Part shown: piece after piece, positions 40,653-50,956 of the stretch | How the letters are laid out: every line of letters starts with the position of its first letter | Numbering within the stretch: the stretch's first letter is position 1 | Source: Dehalococcoidia bacterium | GTDB lineage: Bacteria; Chloroflexota; Dehalococcoidia; UBA2979 | Assembly: GCA_965262725.1 (NCBI GenBank) | Contig: OZ253555.1 | Coordinates: 32,001 to 96,000 of the forward strand | Reading direction: 5' to 3' | DNA: 64,000 bases | Translations under genes and position numbers: made by a program | The notes under the pieces: model-generated | Database searches by the model: none | Told to the model about the DNA's origin: nothing | What the model saw: only the letters and a program-made list of their open reading frames with translations

Positions 40653-41174
40653 ATGCCCAACGGCGGCTCGGATTGCTGCGGGACCTGCTGGTTCAACCGT
40701 GCGAACGGCGGCGAGCCGGGCAGTGCGAATCACAATCACGAGATCCCGAGCTACTGTGAGATTCGCGAACTCGAGATTCCGAACCCGTTCTACACCTACT
40801 GCGCCAACCATCCGTATCACCGCCCGCAGCGCGATCACATCCCGATCGGGCCGGTGACCGTGCATGAGGGCGAGAGTGTCGAGAGTGAGCCGGGCCACCA
40901 CGAGATCCGTTCGTGGCGCGAGCCGTGGCGGCAGTCCCCCGACACGGAGGTCATTCGCCGTCACCTCCTGTCGTTGCTGGAAGACCCGGTCGCCGCCATC
41001 GACGAGGGCTACCATTTCTTCACGAGTCCTGCACTCTGGGTCGCGCTCGATCAGTTGATCGAGTTCCGCGAGCAACGCGCCATCCCCATCCTCGAACGAG
41101 TGATCGGGGAGATGGCCATGTCCGGCGAGGATGCCTCGGAGTTGCGTCGTGTCGTGGAGCAGATCCGAGGGTGA
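40653..41174 (+). CDS. Cys-rich hypothetical protein
   Basis: MPNGGSDCCGTCWFN...YCEIR...TYCANHP. Confidence 0.8.
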   Translation: MPNGGSDCCGTCWFNRANGGEPGSANHNHEIPSYCEIRELEIPNPFYTYCANHPYHRPQRDHIPIGPVTVHEGESVESEPGHHEIRSWREPWRQSPDTEVIRRHLLSLLEDPVAAIDEGYHFFTSPALWVALDQLIEFREQRAIPILERVIGEMAMSGEDASELRRVVEQIRG

Positions 41175-41478
41175 TGCGTCAGTGAAGGAACGGATCAAGC
41201 CGCCACGCCGATCGAAGTGACCGTCGCGTCCCGATGGACTGCTGCCAGCCATCTCGGGATCGGGCCGTTCACCGGGCGCTACGGCGCAGCGGACGCACAG
41301 GGCGTGCTGGTGGCGGCGGCACGGCCGGAGCGCGGTTGAGGAATGCGTGGTCCGGCAGCGAGAGGTCAACGTCTCACTCAGCGTGGCACGATAGGACCTC
41401 GCTACCGCTGGAATCGCCGACCGAGGGCTTCGCTCCCGTTCTCAGGCCACGCCGAGCGCAGGAAGGCACATCCGCCCG

Positions 41479-42306
41479 ATGACAGTGACGATCGTCTCCT
41501 GGAATGTCGCGCGCCGCCGGAAGCCGTGGCGTGTCCTAGGCGACATGGATCTCGATGTCGCGTTGCTCCAGGAGGCAAGCCGCCCGCCGCGGGACGTCGC
41601 AACCCGCATCGAGCTGGACCCGGCGCCCTGGCCGAAGCCAAGCGCGCGCGCATCGCGACGCTGGCGCACGGCAATCGCCAGACTCTCCGAGCGCGTCTGC
41701 CTGGAATGGATCGACGCGAAGTCGCTCGAGGATGCGGCCAGCGGGGAGCTGGCTGTCAGCCATGCGGGCACGCTCACCGCTGCGCGCGTGTCCGCCCCCG
41801 GCATCGAGCCCTTCCTCGCCGTCTCCATGTACGCGCCGTGGAGGAGGCCGCACAAGGTGACCGGCAGCAGACGGATCTTCTCGGATGCATCGGCCCACCG
41901 AGTCGTCTCCGACCTGTCCGTGCTCGTCGGCCGCGAGTCCGGCCACCGCATTCTGGCCGCCGGGGATCTCAACATCCTCCATGGCCATGGAGAGCGCGGC
42001 AGCTCGTACTGGGCCTCGCGCTACCGAACCGTGTTCGACAGGATGGAGGCGCTCGGGCTCCCCTTCGTCGGCCCGCAGGCGCCAGACGGACGCCAGGCCG
42101 ATCCATGGCCGCGGGAGCTCCCGAGGGACAGCAAGAACGTCCCGACGTATCACTCGAACCGCCAGACGCCGGACACGGCGAGGCGCCAGCTGGACTTCGT
42201 CTTCGCCTCGAGAGAGCTGACGGGCTCCGTGCGGGTACGGGCGCTCAACGAGCCGGATCAGTGGGGCCCCAGCGACCACTGCCGCCTGACGATCGACATC
42301 TCGTAG
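41479..42306 (+). CDS. Endonuclease/exonuclease/phosphatase family protein
   Basis: SWNV, LLQEA, AGDLN, LDFVF, SDH. Confidence 0.92.
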   Translation: MTVTIVSWNVARRRKPWRVLGDMDLDVALLQEASRPPRDVATRIELDPAPWPKPSARASRRWRTAIARLSERVCLEWIDAKSLEDAASGELAVSHAGTLTAARVSAPGIEPFLAVSMYAPWRRPHKVTGSRRIFSDASAHRVVSDLSVLVGRESGHRILAAGDLNILHGHGERGSSYWASRYRTVFDRMEALGLPFVGPQAPDGRQADPWPRELPRDSKNVPTYHSNRQTPDTARRQLDFVFASRELTGSVRVRALNEPDQWGPSDHCRLTIDIS

Positions 42307-42362
42307 CGAGGCGTGGGCGTGAGGGCACAGAGGAGCACGCCACGCCGAGAGGGCTTCGTCGA

Positions 42363-42740
42363 GTGAGCGAACACGCGGACCCGCCGCTGGAGCTGCGGTT
42401 TGACCGCCTCGCATCCCTCCTTCCCATGTTCGAACCTCCCGACTTCTCCTTCGGGACGGCGAAGGCTGCCGAGCAGTTCGTCGAAATCGCGTATGAGGAC
42501 GGTTGGGTGCGGCCGGAATTCGCCTGGATGGAGTGGCTTGGCACGGATCACCACCAGCGCTTCGAGCAGGATCACGAGACGGTTGCGGACGCGAGCGCTG
42601 GCGAACTCGCGCAACTGCTCACTACGCACATTCGGCTGGATCGGTTCTCCTATGGCGCTCTGGAGGAAGCGGGTCAGTCAGGCCTCTTCACCGCCATTCT
42701 GCGGCGCATCGACCGACTCCACCGCGAAGCGGCCGGGTAG
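42363..42740 (+). CDS. DUF6508-like protein
   Basis: AYEDGWV..FAWMEW...LLTTHIRLDRFSYG...GLFTAILRR. Confidence 0.75.
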   Translation: MSEHADPPLELRFDRLASLLPMFEPPDFSFGTAKAAEQFVEIAYEDGWVRPEFAWMEWLGTDHHQRFEQDHETVADASAGELAQLLTTHIRLDRFSYGALEEAGQSGLFTAILRRIDRLHREAAG

Positions 42741-42764
42741 GAAGACCCGTCGTCCTCGCGCCAC

Positions 42765-43496
42765 CTATGGCCGGATCCGCTCAATCGTTCCGTCGGTCCC
42801 CCGCTCTCCTGAACCGAGCGGAGGGCCGATCGGCTTCGTGTACCGCCGGTCACGCCGACCGCTTTTCGTGATCCGCCATCCCTCGGTGTCGACGGGATCC
42901 CGCTCGCCGCTCGGCTTGGTCACGTAGCGCAGCGTGGTGACGATCGTCTCGACGGGGAGCTGATCGTGCTCGGGACGCTCCGGCGTGGGAAGCCCCATCG
43001 CTCCCCTGAGCGCGTCCGTCCAGTTGCGCATGTAGCGGTCGATCCCGGCGGTCATCTCACTCATGGCGCGGAGGGCGGACGGCACGTCCACGGAGTCCAG
43101 AAGATCATCGGGAATGGTCAGGTCGAGATGCGAGATCGGGCGCGTCCCCGGAACGCAACTCGAGGGTTCCGTGCTCCCCTCCCCGGAACCACCGGAGACG
43201 ATGTCGCTACAGTGCTCGATGCCCGCGGCCCGGATGCACAGCCCGTCGAACGTCCAGCTCGTTTCGGACGCGACCTTGTGCATCGTCTCGCCGGTCGCCC
43301 CACGATCGGCTGCCAGCATCCCGGCCTGGATCTCGGCGCCCAGGTCGTCGTCGAACGGCCGGCCGTGCACGGCCTCCGCATCGGCTATGTCGAAGAAGAG
43401 CAACTGCTGCAGGGTGTGTCCCGACACGACGATGTTGAGCCGGCGCACGCGCACGCCGGCGATCTCCAGGTTCTGCTCCCTGACCGACGCCGTCAT
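42765..43496 (-). CDS. Hypothetical protein
   Basis: ATGA-coupled to the ADP-ribosylglycohydrolase gene; protein-like composition. Confidence 0.7.
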   Translation of the reverse strand: MTASVREQNLEIAGVRVRRLNIVVSGHTLQQLLFFDIADAEAVHGRPFDDDLGAEIQAGMLAADRGATGETMHKVASETSWTFDGLCIRAAGIEHCSDIVSGGSGEGSTEPSSCVPGTRPISHLDLTIPDDLLDSVDVPSALRAMSEMTAGIDRYMRNWTDALRGAMGLPTPERPEHDQLPVETIVTTLRYVTKPSGERDPVDTEGWRITKSGRRDRRYTKPIGPPLGSGERGTDGTIERIRP

Positions 43497-44473
43497 CGAG
43501 GGACTCCCGGCTGCTGTTCGGCGCTCGGGGTTCGGCGGCTGTGCTCGTGGAGGCGGTCGGCGAGCGTCGCGATCTCGGCCTCCATCGCCAGCTGCTCCCG
43601 CCACGGGGCCGGGATCGCCCCGGCGCCGTAGTGGGCGCCGGCGAGCTGCCCGTAGATCGCACCCGTTGTGTCGGCGTCGTCGCCCAGGTTCACGGCGAGG
43701 AGTGCCCCCTCGCGGAAGTCGCGTGCGCGGGAAAACGCCCAGAGCGCCGCTTCGAGGGACCGGACCACGTAGCCCGAGCCTTGGATCTCGGGAGGATCGC
43801 GTTCCGCGAACGACCCGCCGGCGACGCGCGCGATTTGCCCGGCCAGAGGCTCTCGCTCCCACAGCCCGGCGACCGGGCAGTAGTCCGCGGAGAGGAGGGT
43901 CTCCTTCTCGACGCCTCGCAACGCGCCGACGAGCAGGCCGGCGAAGTAGCGGCAGGCATCGACCGCTTCCCGCACGCGGTGCGTCGTCCTCGAGCTGTCG
44001 GCCGCCCGGCGGATCGCCTCGGCGGGGTCTCCCGCGAAGTACATCGGCACCGGCGCGAGCCGCATCAGCGAGCCGTTGCCGGCCGAGTAGCGATCGCTCG
44101 AGCCGGCGTAGGGCTTCCCCTCCTGCTCGAACCGCGACAGGGCCGCGCGGACGGTGACCCCGATGTCGAAGCAGTGCCCCGTCGAGGAGAGGTAGCCCTC
44201 CCGCCACCACCGCACGTAGCGCCGCATCTGGTCCGCGGCGTCGAAGCCACCCCGCTCGACCAGACTCGTGGCCAGGCACAACGCCATCGAAGTGTCGTCC
44301 GTCCACTCTCCCGGCCCTAGCCCGAACGGCCCGCCGCCGACCATGTCGTCGATCGGTTCGAAGCTCCCGGGCGGACTGAACTCGAGCGCGGTGCCGAGGG
44401 CGTCGCCTGCCGCGAGGCCCAGCAGGCAGCCCCGGAACCGCTCGCTGGCGGTGATCTGACCCGTGCTGCTCAT
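43493..44473 (-). CDS. ADP-ribosylglycohydrolase (DraG/ARH family)
   Basis: GLAAGDALG, WTDDT, GNGSLMR, GDDADTTGAI. Confidence 0.95.
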   Translation of the reverse strand: MSSTGQITASERFRGCLLGLAAGDALGTALEFSPPGSFEPIDDMVGGGPFGLGPGEWTDDTSMALCLATSLVERGGFDAADQMRRYVRWWREGYLSSTGHCFDIGVTVRAALSRFEQEGKPYAGSSDRYSAGNGSLMRLAPVPMYFAGDPAEAIRRAADSSRTTHRVREAVDACRYFAGLLVGALRGVEKETLLSADYCPVAGLWEREPLAGQIARVAGGSFAERDPPEIQGSGYVVRSLEAALWAFSRARDFREGALLAVNLGDDADTTGAIYGQLAGAHYGAGAIPAPWREQLAMEAEIATLADRLHEHSRRTPSAEQQPGVPR

Positions 44474-45021
44474 CGCGCTCCAGGCTCCGTCCAGCCGCGG
44501 ACGTACGCACGCTGTTCCCGTGTCTCCGGCGAGTGAGGCCGGCGATGCGCCTTCTCCACTTCCCTCCACCACTCGGCGACCTGGACCAGGGCCTCGTCTC
44601 CCGTCCTCCCGCATCGCACGAGCCAGCACCCGACCGCGGTCGCGGTCCGGCCGACTCCGCCCCAGCAGTGCAGGTAGACGGTCTCGCCGCCGTGCAGAGC
44701 GGCGTCGATGGCGTCGAGAATGCCGGTCATCTCCGTCGGGCTGGCCGGGATCGAGACGTCGACGACCGGATGCCGCTCATGCACGACGTCTGCGCCGAGG
44801 CGGGCGGCTTCCACCGCCGCGATCTCGGCATACGGCGCCAGGCCCTCGCCCGGCTCGGTGAGATCGACGAAATGGTCGATACTGGCGCTCAGTAGCGCCC
44901 GAAGCCTGGCCGCGGCCTCGTCGGGGTCCTTCGCGCCCGGGTACTCACCGGCCGCGAACCGGCCCGGGACGACCCAGTAGCTGTTGGGAAGCGGGCGGCC
45001 TTCGCCTGCTGGTGCGCTCAT
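44470..45021 (-). CDS. Dual-specificity/protein-tyrosine phosphatase family protein
   Basis: HCWGGVGRT (CX5R); NSYWV...AGEYP. Confidence 0.92.
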   Translation of the reverse strand: MSAPAGEGRPLPNSYWVVPGRFAAGEYPGAKDPDEAAARLRALLSASIDHFVDLTEPGEGLAPYAEIAAVEAARLGADVVHERHPVVDVSIPASPTEMTGILDAIDAALHGGETVYLHCWGGVGRTATAVGCWLVRCGRTGDEALVQVAEWWREVEKAHRRPHSPETREQRAYVRGWTEPGAR

Positions 45022-45276
45022 CTTTGCGGGCGCCTTGGTGCGCTCCGGGCGGCCCGCCCCCTTGCCGGGCGAGCCCCCGATGTACTGTAGCGCCCGCGCT
45101 CGATCCTCCGTGCTGGGCTGCGCGCCGCCGGGGCCGCCCATGGATCGACAGACGACATCCGCGAGCGGGGGCCACCCCTCCCTCTCGCTCTCGGCGCTCG
45201 ACGTGTGCCTGTTCGAGCACGGGTAGGTGTATCGGGGGCGCCGTAACCGGGCGGTGGAGAGGACGCGGAGAAGGCG

Positions 45277-45912
45277 ATGTCACAACTGATCGAGCACCTG
45301 CGCTCCTTCAACAGGAAGGAGCGCTTCATCCTGCTGCGCGAGGCCCTCGGTACCGACGCGCTGGGCGACGACTTCCGCAGTCGGCTCGGGGATCTAATCG
45401 GCACCACGGTCCCCGCCGACGCGTTCGTCGCGATGGACTACCACCTCGACTGGCTGCAGATGGCGCTCTACCTCGCCGGTACTCCCTCGCCGCCGCAGCC
45501 AATTCCCAACGACGACGAACTCGTCGTCGGGAACCAGGAGGATGCGGACCTCATCGTGGCCTTCGAGGGCGACTCCACGACGCACGTCGTGCTGGTGGAG
45601 GCGAAGGTGGAGACGGGGTGGACGAACGGCCAGCTCAAGTCAAAGGCAGAGCGGCTCAGCAGGATCTTCGCCGAGGGCCGGCCCGGTGCTCACCTGGTAA
45701 CGCCCTGCTACGTGCTCGCATCACCCGAACCGCCCCCTCCGGGCATCAGCACCGCCGGATGGCCCTCCTGGATGAACCTCGGCGGCGAGCCGCTCTGGAT
45801 GGAACTCGCACGGCCACCCGGGCTCAAGAAGCCGACGCGCTGCACCGCGCAGGGGGAGACCTCGCGTCGGGGCGGCTTCGTTCGCATCGATTCGTTGAGC
45901 GGCGCCGGCTAG
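45277..45912 (+). CDS. Putative PD-(D/E)xK nuclease
   Basis: QEDADLIV...VLVEAK...W...QL. Confidence 0.7.
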   Translation: MSQLIEHLRSFNRKERFILLREALGTDALGDDFRSRLGDLIGTTVPADAFVAMDYHLDWLQMALYLAGTPSPPQPIPNDDELVVGNQEDADLIVAFEGDSTTHVVLVEAKVETGWTNGQLKSKAERLSRIFAEGRPGAHLVTPCYVLASPEPPPPGISTAGWPSWMNLGGEPLWMELARPPGLKKPTRCTAQGETSRRGGFVRIDSLSGAG

Positions 45913-46732
45913 GCGACGTCGAGCGGCACCGGTCAGCGCGAGACAGGGCGCGGCGGCCCGGGCGTAGACCGTGTGACTCTGTGGGATGCGTCGTCTGGAC
46001 CGCGGGCCGGTGCAACAAGCGCGCCTCAGGAGACCGCTACGCTGTCGCGGGGGAAGTGCATTGCGGACGCACTCCACGATCTGGGCCCGAGAGCGATGGC
46101 GGCGGGGTCGAAGCCGACGAGAGCGTGGCGGGCGTGAGGCCGCAGTACATCCTCACCCCCGGGGCGGTGCCCCGCACGCGCAGCGTGGCATTAGCGGGCA
46201 TCGCCTTCTGTCTGCGAGACGAAGCCGATGCCGTGGCTCGTGAGATATGGGCCCAGCGATGACAGATACGCCACCGGGTCCGATCGCAGAGTGACCTCAC
46301 GCCCGCCGATGCCGAAGTATCCGGGAGTACCCGGGAGCGGGATCGGCTTCGGGCTCATCATCTGCCGCGGACGGCGGCGCCATGCGCGCCTCAATCCGGC
46401 CGGGATGACGCCGCTGCGTGGAGCGATCAGCGCACCGGACGCGTCCACGTCGATTCGGATGCGCCGGTCGGCTATGAGCACCAGAGTCGCTACAGCGGCC
46501 ATCAGAATCCGAACTCCTGGATCGCTTGCCACGCCCGCGGGCCACATTGTGGAGGTCGTCTTCTCGCAGGGCCAACCCGCAACACGTGCGAGCCCCTACC
46601 AATCGCTACACGAGTGGATCTACCCTACGCCCCTAGGAACGCCGCACACGCAATCGCAGCGAGGTCCGGGCAGCACGCACCGCGTTGCCCGTCTCGCCAT
46701 CTGGCAGAATGCGCCGCATGGTCTCCGCTCCA

Positions 46733-47074
46733 ATGCCCGACATCATGACGTTGATCGAGAGCGCCCCCTGGCGAGAGGCAGTGACCTACCGCGACACGTG
46801 GCCCCACGAGTACGTCGTGGCTGGCCGCGATCGCCAGGAAGCGCTGCTCGCGGCGTTCTGTGCCCGCATCGCGCATGGCGAGGGTGTCGAATGCTGCTTC
46901 TTCGGACAGACGCGACGATATCTCTTCCTCGGTGATCACAAGTACTGGACGATGACCGACTGCGCCGAGATCGACCTCGCCTCCGACGACTACGTCCTCA
47001 ACCGCGCACGCCTCTACCGCGACCGCCGCGACTTCGACGTGCGGGCTGGCGACCGCGGTGTGAGGGACGAGTAG
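46733..47074 (+). CDS. Hypothetical protein
   Basis: WREAVTYRDTWPHEYVV...KYWTM...VLNRA. Confidence 0.75.
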   Translation: MPDIMTLIESAPWREAVTYRDTWPHEYVVAGRDRQEALLAAFCARIAHGEGVECCFFGQTRRYLFLGDHKYWTMTDCAEIDLASDDYVLNRARLYRDRRDFDVRAGDRGVRDE

Positions 47075-47859
47075 AGGTCCGGTAGGCTGACCCGCCGACG
47101 GCGGTGACCTCGTCTGCTCGCAGACACAGAACTCGGACGGCTCCGTACGCGGAGCGTCGAGGCCATCGCGCGGCCGGAGCGAATCCGCAGCTTCGGCGAC
47201 CTGCACATCGAGCGAGCCAGTGACCGGCCCCCCGAACTCACCTCGCGCATGCCGCCCCGCATGAGCATCAGTGCGGACAACTGATGGTTCGGTGTTCGAA
47301 TCGTCCCCGGCCCGCATCCCCCGCTCGTCCCGCAGTCATGTGCTGGTGGGGCCCCGCCCCGTCACGACCACGGCACGGAAGAAGGGAACAGCCATGCACT
47401 CGGTAGCGTTCAGCGACGCCGACCGCGACGCACCTTCGCTGATGAAGTAGAGGAATTTGTCCCCGCGTGGTGTGGTCAGCCCGGCGTCGACCGGATCCGT
47501 GGACGCCGTGACGGCGGCAGATCCGCCCACGATGAGGCGGCGGCGCGGGACCTCTGGCGCCACTGAAGCGCGGCCTGTGGGTTGTTCCGGCCTCGACCCG
47601 CAACCGCGGCCCGGCATCGCTCCGCCGGCTACCTGCCGGGGCATTGTCATGACCGCCCTCCCAATGCATGGCGCTCAACATCACCGTTGCGAGGGCGAAG
47701 TTGGCGTCCCGGAAGCTGATGCCCGCGAGGACCGTCCTGACCGGGTCCGTGCAGCGATAGATCCCTGGGACCCCCGTTGCAGCCGGCCCGATGAGAACAA
47801 CAGTGAGGACAGCAAGCAGGGGAGACTCCGCCGAGCATGGACCGCCGCGCCATCGTCGC

Positions 47860-48450
47860 TCAGGTGTGGCGAGTGCGACGGGCCATCACGACGGCTCCCG
47901 CTGTGGCCAGCACGACCGCCGCGACAAGCAGCGACCAGTGCGCGGTGTCGCTCGCCGTCGGCTGGGCGTCGGTCAGACCGGTTCCTGCCGCAGGCGGCTG
48001 CGGAGGCACGGCAGCCTCCCCGGAGTCAGCCACGCCGGCGCCGCCTGGCTGGCCCGCGTCCAGCAGGGCCACCTCGTCCTGTGCGTACTGTAGGGGGACC
48101 GTTCCTCCGCAGAGCCACACCTCCAGTGCTTCATCGAAGGCGTAGACGAGGTACTCCCCTCCCTGCTCGAAGGGGTAGCCGCAGTCTCCCCACCCGAGAC
48201 TCGATGTCGTGACGACGATTTCGGAAGCTTCCGGGCCCTTCCACACGCTGTAGACGTCGAACGTGATGTCAACGGGATAGTCGCCGCTGATGGCGACGGC
48301 CCTGCCGGAGAAGACTGCGGCGGCGTCCTCGAACGCCTCCAGCGGCGCGAGCGGGGCGCAGCTGCACGCGAAGGCGCGCTCGGTGGTCGCTGCCGGAGAC
48401 AGGCCGAGGAGGACGACGATGACGGCAAGACGGAGGAACGAGCGACGCAC
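47860..48450 (-). CDS. Exported CxC (TIMP/NTR-like) protein with a C-terminal sorting-like signal
   Basis: AFACSC, VFSGR, CGYPFEQGGEYLVYA; PPAAGTG, TM helix and RRTR tail. Confidence 0.85.
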   Translation of the reverse strand: MRRSFLRLAVIVVLLGLSPAATTERAFACSCAPLAPLEAFEDAAAVFSGRAVAISGDYPVDITFDVYSVWKGPEASEIVVTTSSLGWGDCGYPFEQGGEYLVYAFDEALEVWLCGGTVPLQYAQDEVALLDAGQPGGAGVADSGEAAVPPQPPAAGTGLTDAQPTASDTAHWSLLVAAVVLATAGAVVMARRTRHT

Positions 48451-48875
48451 CGAGGAAGCCTATCAGATGTCATGAAGGTCGGTCCCCGCTTCGGAGGGGT
48501 GACGACGGGCCGAGGGGCACGGCTCCGTGAGCCGGGCGCACTGCGCTCGCAACCTGGGTCCTCACGAGCGGCCCGTGAGCGCGGACGTCGATCGGCACGA
48601 TTGCGGGTGGGCTGTACGCGTTCGAGCGGCTGAGTGGTGACCACCGTGAGCTGATCGCTCTCATCGCGTCGACCTTCGAGGCGATGGGTGCCCGGCGTGA
48701 CGTTCTATCGCCGGCACGATGAGATCGTGCTGTACCTTCCCGTATCCGGGTCGTAAGCGAGTGGGGTGTTCTGCGGCGGGACAACGGGAGTGACAGCGCG
48801 TCATCCCGACCTCACGCGTGCGCTCCAGCCGGCAGCTGCCTGGGCGTTCATCGGGCGTACCGTCGCGGGCGACGC

Positions 48876-48925
48876 TCAGTTCATGGGACTGGGGGTCGAG
48901 GTTTCGAGTCCTCCCTGGCGCGCCA
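48876..48925 (+). repeat. Degenerate tRNA-Arg 3' half (att-like scar)
   Basis: TCAGT..ACTGG GGGTC GAGGT TTCGAGT CCTCC CTGGCGC GCCA. Confidence 0.75.
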
Positions 48926-49193
48926 CCTCCGCTCCATGCCTCCTGCATGCGATGTCGCGACCACCGACAGATCGTCGATGTCGTCCGGCGGTGGACGCCG
49001 CACGGGCGGGAGCAGTCCGTGGCACCACCACCTCCCGGAGATCATCAAGCGGCAGCGAGAAGAAGAACCTGCGGGTGCGCGCCGGGCTCCAGGTCTCCCT
49101 GAGTGCGCGTCTTTCGACCCATGCCTCTCCCTATTCGAGTTTCGAGTGGTGAGAAGTCGGCCGTCGGTGGTCCTGCGGGCGAGGCAATCGTGC

Positions 49194-50465
49194 TCAGTTC
49201 GGCCGCTGGGGCACGGGCCGTGACGGATCCGCGATAGTCGTATCGCCCTCCGGGCTTGCGAGACCTCGCTCGAATGCCGTGAACGCCTCGATGAGCTCCG
49301 GCGCCTCGAACGCGCGGTTGCGGCGGCCAACCGTGATCTGGACCAGGATCCCCGCGCGAACCAGTTGGTCCATCGCCTGGGTCGTCGCCCGCAGCGAGCG
49401 GCCGATGAGATCCGCGGCGACGGACGTGGTCAGGACCGGCGCCTCGGGGAGCGCGTCGATGAGCAGGCGGAGCGCCGAGCCGCCCCGCGCGGGACCCGCT
49501 CGCTCGAGCCATTCCGCCTGGAGCGCCTGCACCCGCTCCTCGAAGCGCGCAGCGTCGCCCGCGGCACGCAGGCAGGCTTCGGCGGCGAGCGCGACCCAGC
49601 GGTCGAAGCCGTCGCGCGCCTCGGTGCTATCGGACGGCCCGACGTAGCGCGTCGCGGTCAAGCCGGCCACGTAGGCCGAAGACCATGTCGCCAGCACCAG
49701 CGAGATGGGCGGTTGGACGCGGAGCCCCAGGCCGCGGCGTCGCAGCACCAGATGGATCAGGGCACGGCCCACGCGTCCGTTGCCGTCCACGAACGGGTGA
49801 ATGGTCTCGAACTGCGCGTGCGTGATCGCTGCCTGGACCAGCGGTGGCCACGCATCGGCGCTGGCGAAGGCGCAGAGGTCATCGAACAGGTCCTCCACGA
49901 TCTCCGGGGGTGGCGGCACGAACGCCGCGGCGCACGGGTTGTACCCGGAGCTTCCGATCCAGTTCTGCCGGTCTCGCAGGCGCCCGCCGTGTTTCTCGAG
50001 CGGTGTGCCGGCGAGCAGCAGGCGGTGCATCTCCAGCAGGACAGCCGGTTCAATCGGGTCGCCAGGCCCCACCGTCTCTACACCCATCGACATTGCGTCG
50101 ATGTTGGCCAGCACCTCCTCGGCTGTACGGTCGCGCGGGTCATTGCCGAGACGGCGCGCCGCATCGGCACGGAGCAGCCGCCGGCCCCCGACCACCAATC
50201 CTTCGATGCGAGACGACGCGACCGATTCGGCGCGCAGGATCAATCGGGCGAGGGAGTGGCTGCCGGCGAGCGCGGTGGCCGATTCATCGAGGCGCACGAG
50301 CGCGGCCTCGGCCGCGGCGACATCCGCGGTGACCTCGCCCGAGAGCGCGAAGTCGCGGCCGGCGAGTGGATCCGGCAGGTATGTGTCGTAGTTGCAGGGC
50401 CGCCGGTCGCGGTAGGTTTGCCCCGTCGGGCTTCCCTGCCACTGTCGGCGCTCGTAGCCAGCCAT
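49194..50465 (-). CDS. fic: Fic family protein, intact
   Basis: ESVASSRIEG, HPFVDGNGRVGR. Confidence 0.95.
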   Translation of the reverse strand: MAGYERRQWQGSPTGQTYRDRRPCNYDTYLPDPLAGRDFALSGEVTADVAAAEAALVRLDESATALAGSHSLARLILRAESVASSRIEGLVVGGRRLLRADAARRLGNDPRDRTAEEVLANIDAMSMGVETVGPGDPIEPAVLLEMHRLLLAGTPLEKHGGRLRDRQNWIGSSGYNPCAAAFVPPPPEIVEDLFDDLCAFASADAWPPLVQAAITHAQFETIHPFVDGNGRVGRALIHLVLRRRGLGLRVQPPISLVLATWSSAYVAGLTATRYVGPSDSTEARDGFDRWVALAAEACLRAAGDAARFEERVQALQAEWLERAGPARGGSALRLLIDALPEAPVLTTSVAADLIGRSLRATTQAMDQLVRAGILVQITVGRRNRAFEAPELIEAFTAFERGLASPEGDTTIADPSRPVPQRPN

Positions 50466-50492
50466 ATCAACCTCTCTTGCTGAATGTTATCA

Positions 50493-50531
50493 CCTAACCT
50501 CCTATATGGAGCCGTACTATCGGAGGTTAGG
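50493..50531. promoter_or_regulatory. 10-bp inverted repeat upstream of fic
   Basis: CCTAACCTCC-N19-GGAGGTTAGG. Confidence 0.6.
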
Positions 50532-50569
50532 GTCGCCCGCGCTTCGCCTGCGCCGCCTCAGCCCCTGAG

Positions 50570-50632
50570 CGTCCGAGCGCGGCGTGGCCCTCAGCTATCT
50601 CTCCGAGATCGAGCGCTGTCGCAAGCCAGGCT
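50570..50632 (+). pseudogene. XRE HTH remnant
   Basis: GVALSYLSEIERCRKPG. Confidence 0.55.
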
Positions 50633-50956
50633 GCGATCGCAGCATTGACTGGTAGCGCCGGGACCTTCAGCAGGACCATCGACGCCCTGGTAGTCGACTG
50701 ATCGTCATCCGGCTCGTGGTACCCGGTGGCGGGCGCGCCCGAGCGCCAGCCTCATGGACTTGGGGGTACGGGCCGAGCTCGATGGCCGCACGCTTTGTTG
50801 AGACTTCCGTCCGGCCACGTGGGGGCTCGGTCTTGTTGAGTGGCAAGCTCGCCGGGTGTGACCGCATGTGCGCGTAAGCGGGTTTGCCGATCTTGTCGCT
50901 ATGCTGATATTCTCGTATGCGGACCACTTGCAGACTGTTAAGTTCTAGGTTAGCGT

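Noticed and set aside
45930-47850. Assorted short ORFs around 46-47.8 kb other than 46733-47074
   Set aside because: No recognisable motifs; probably decayed fragments.
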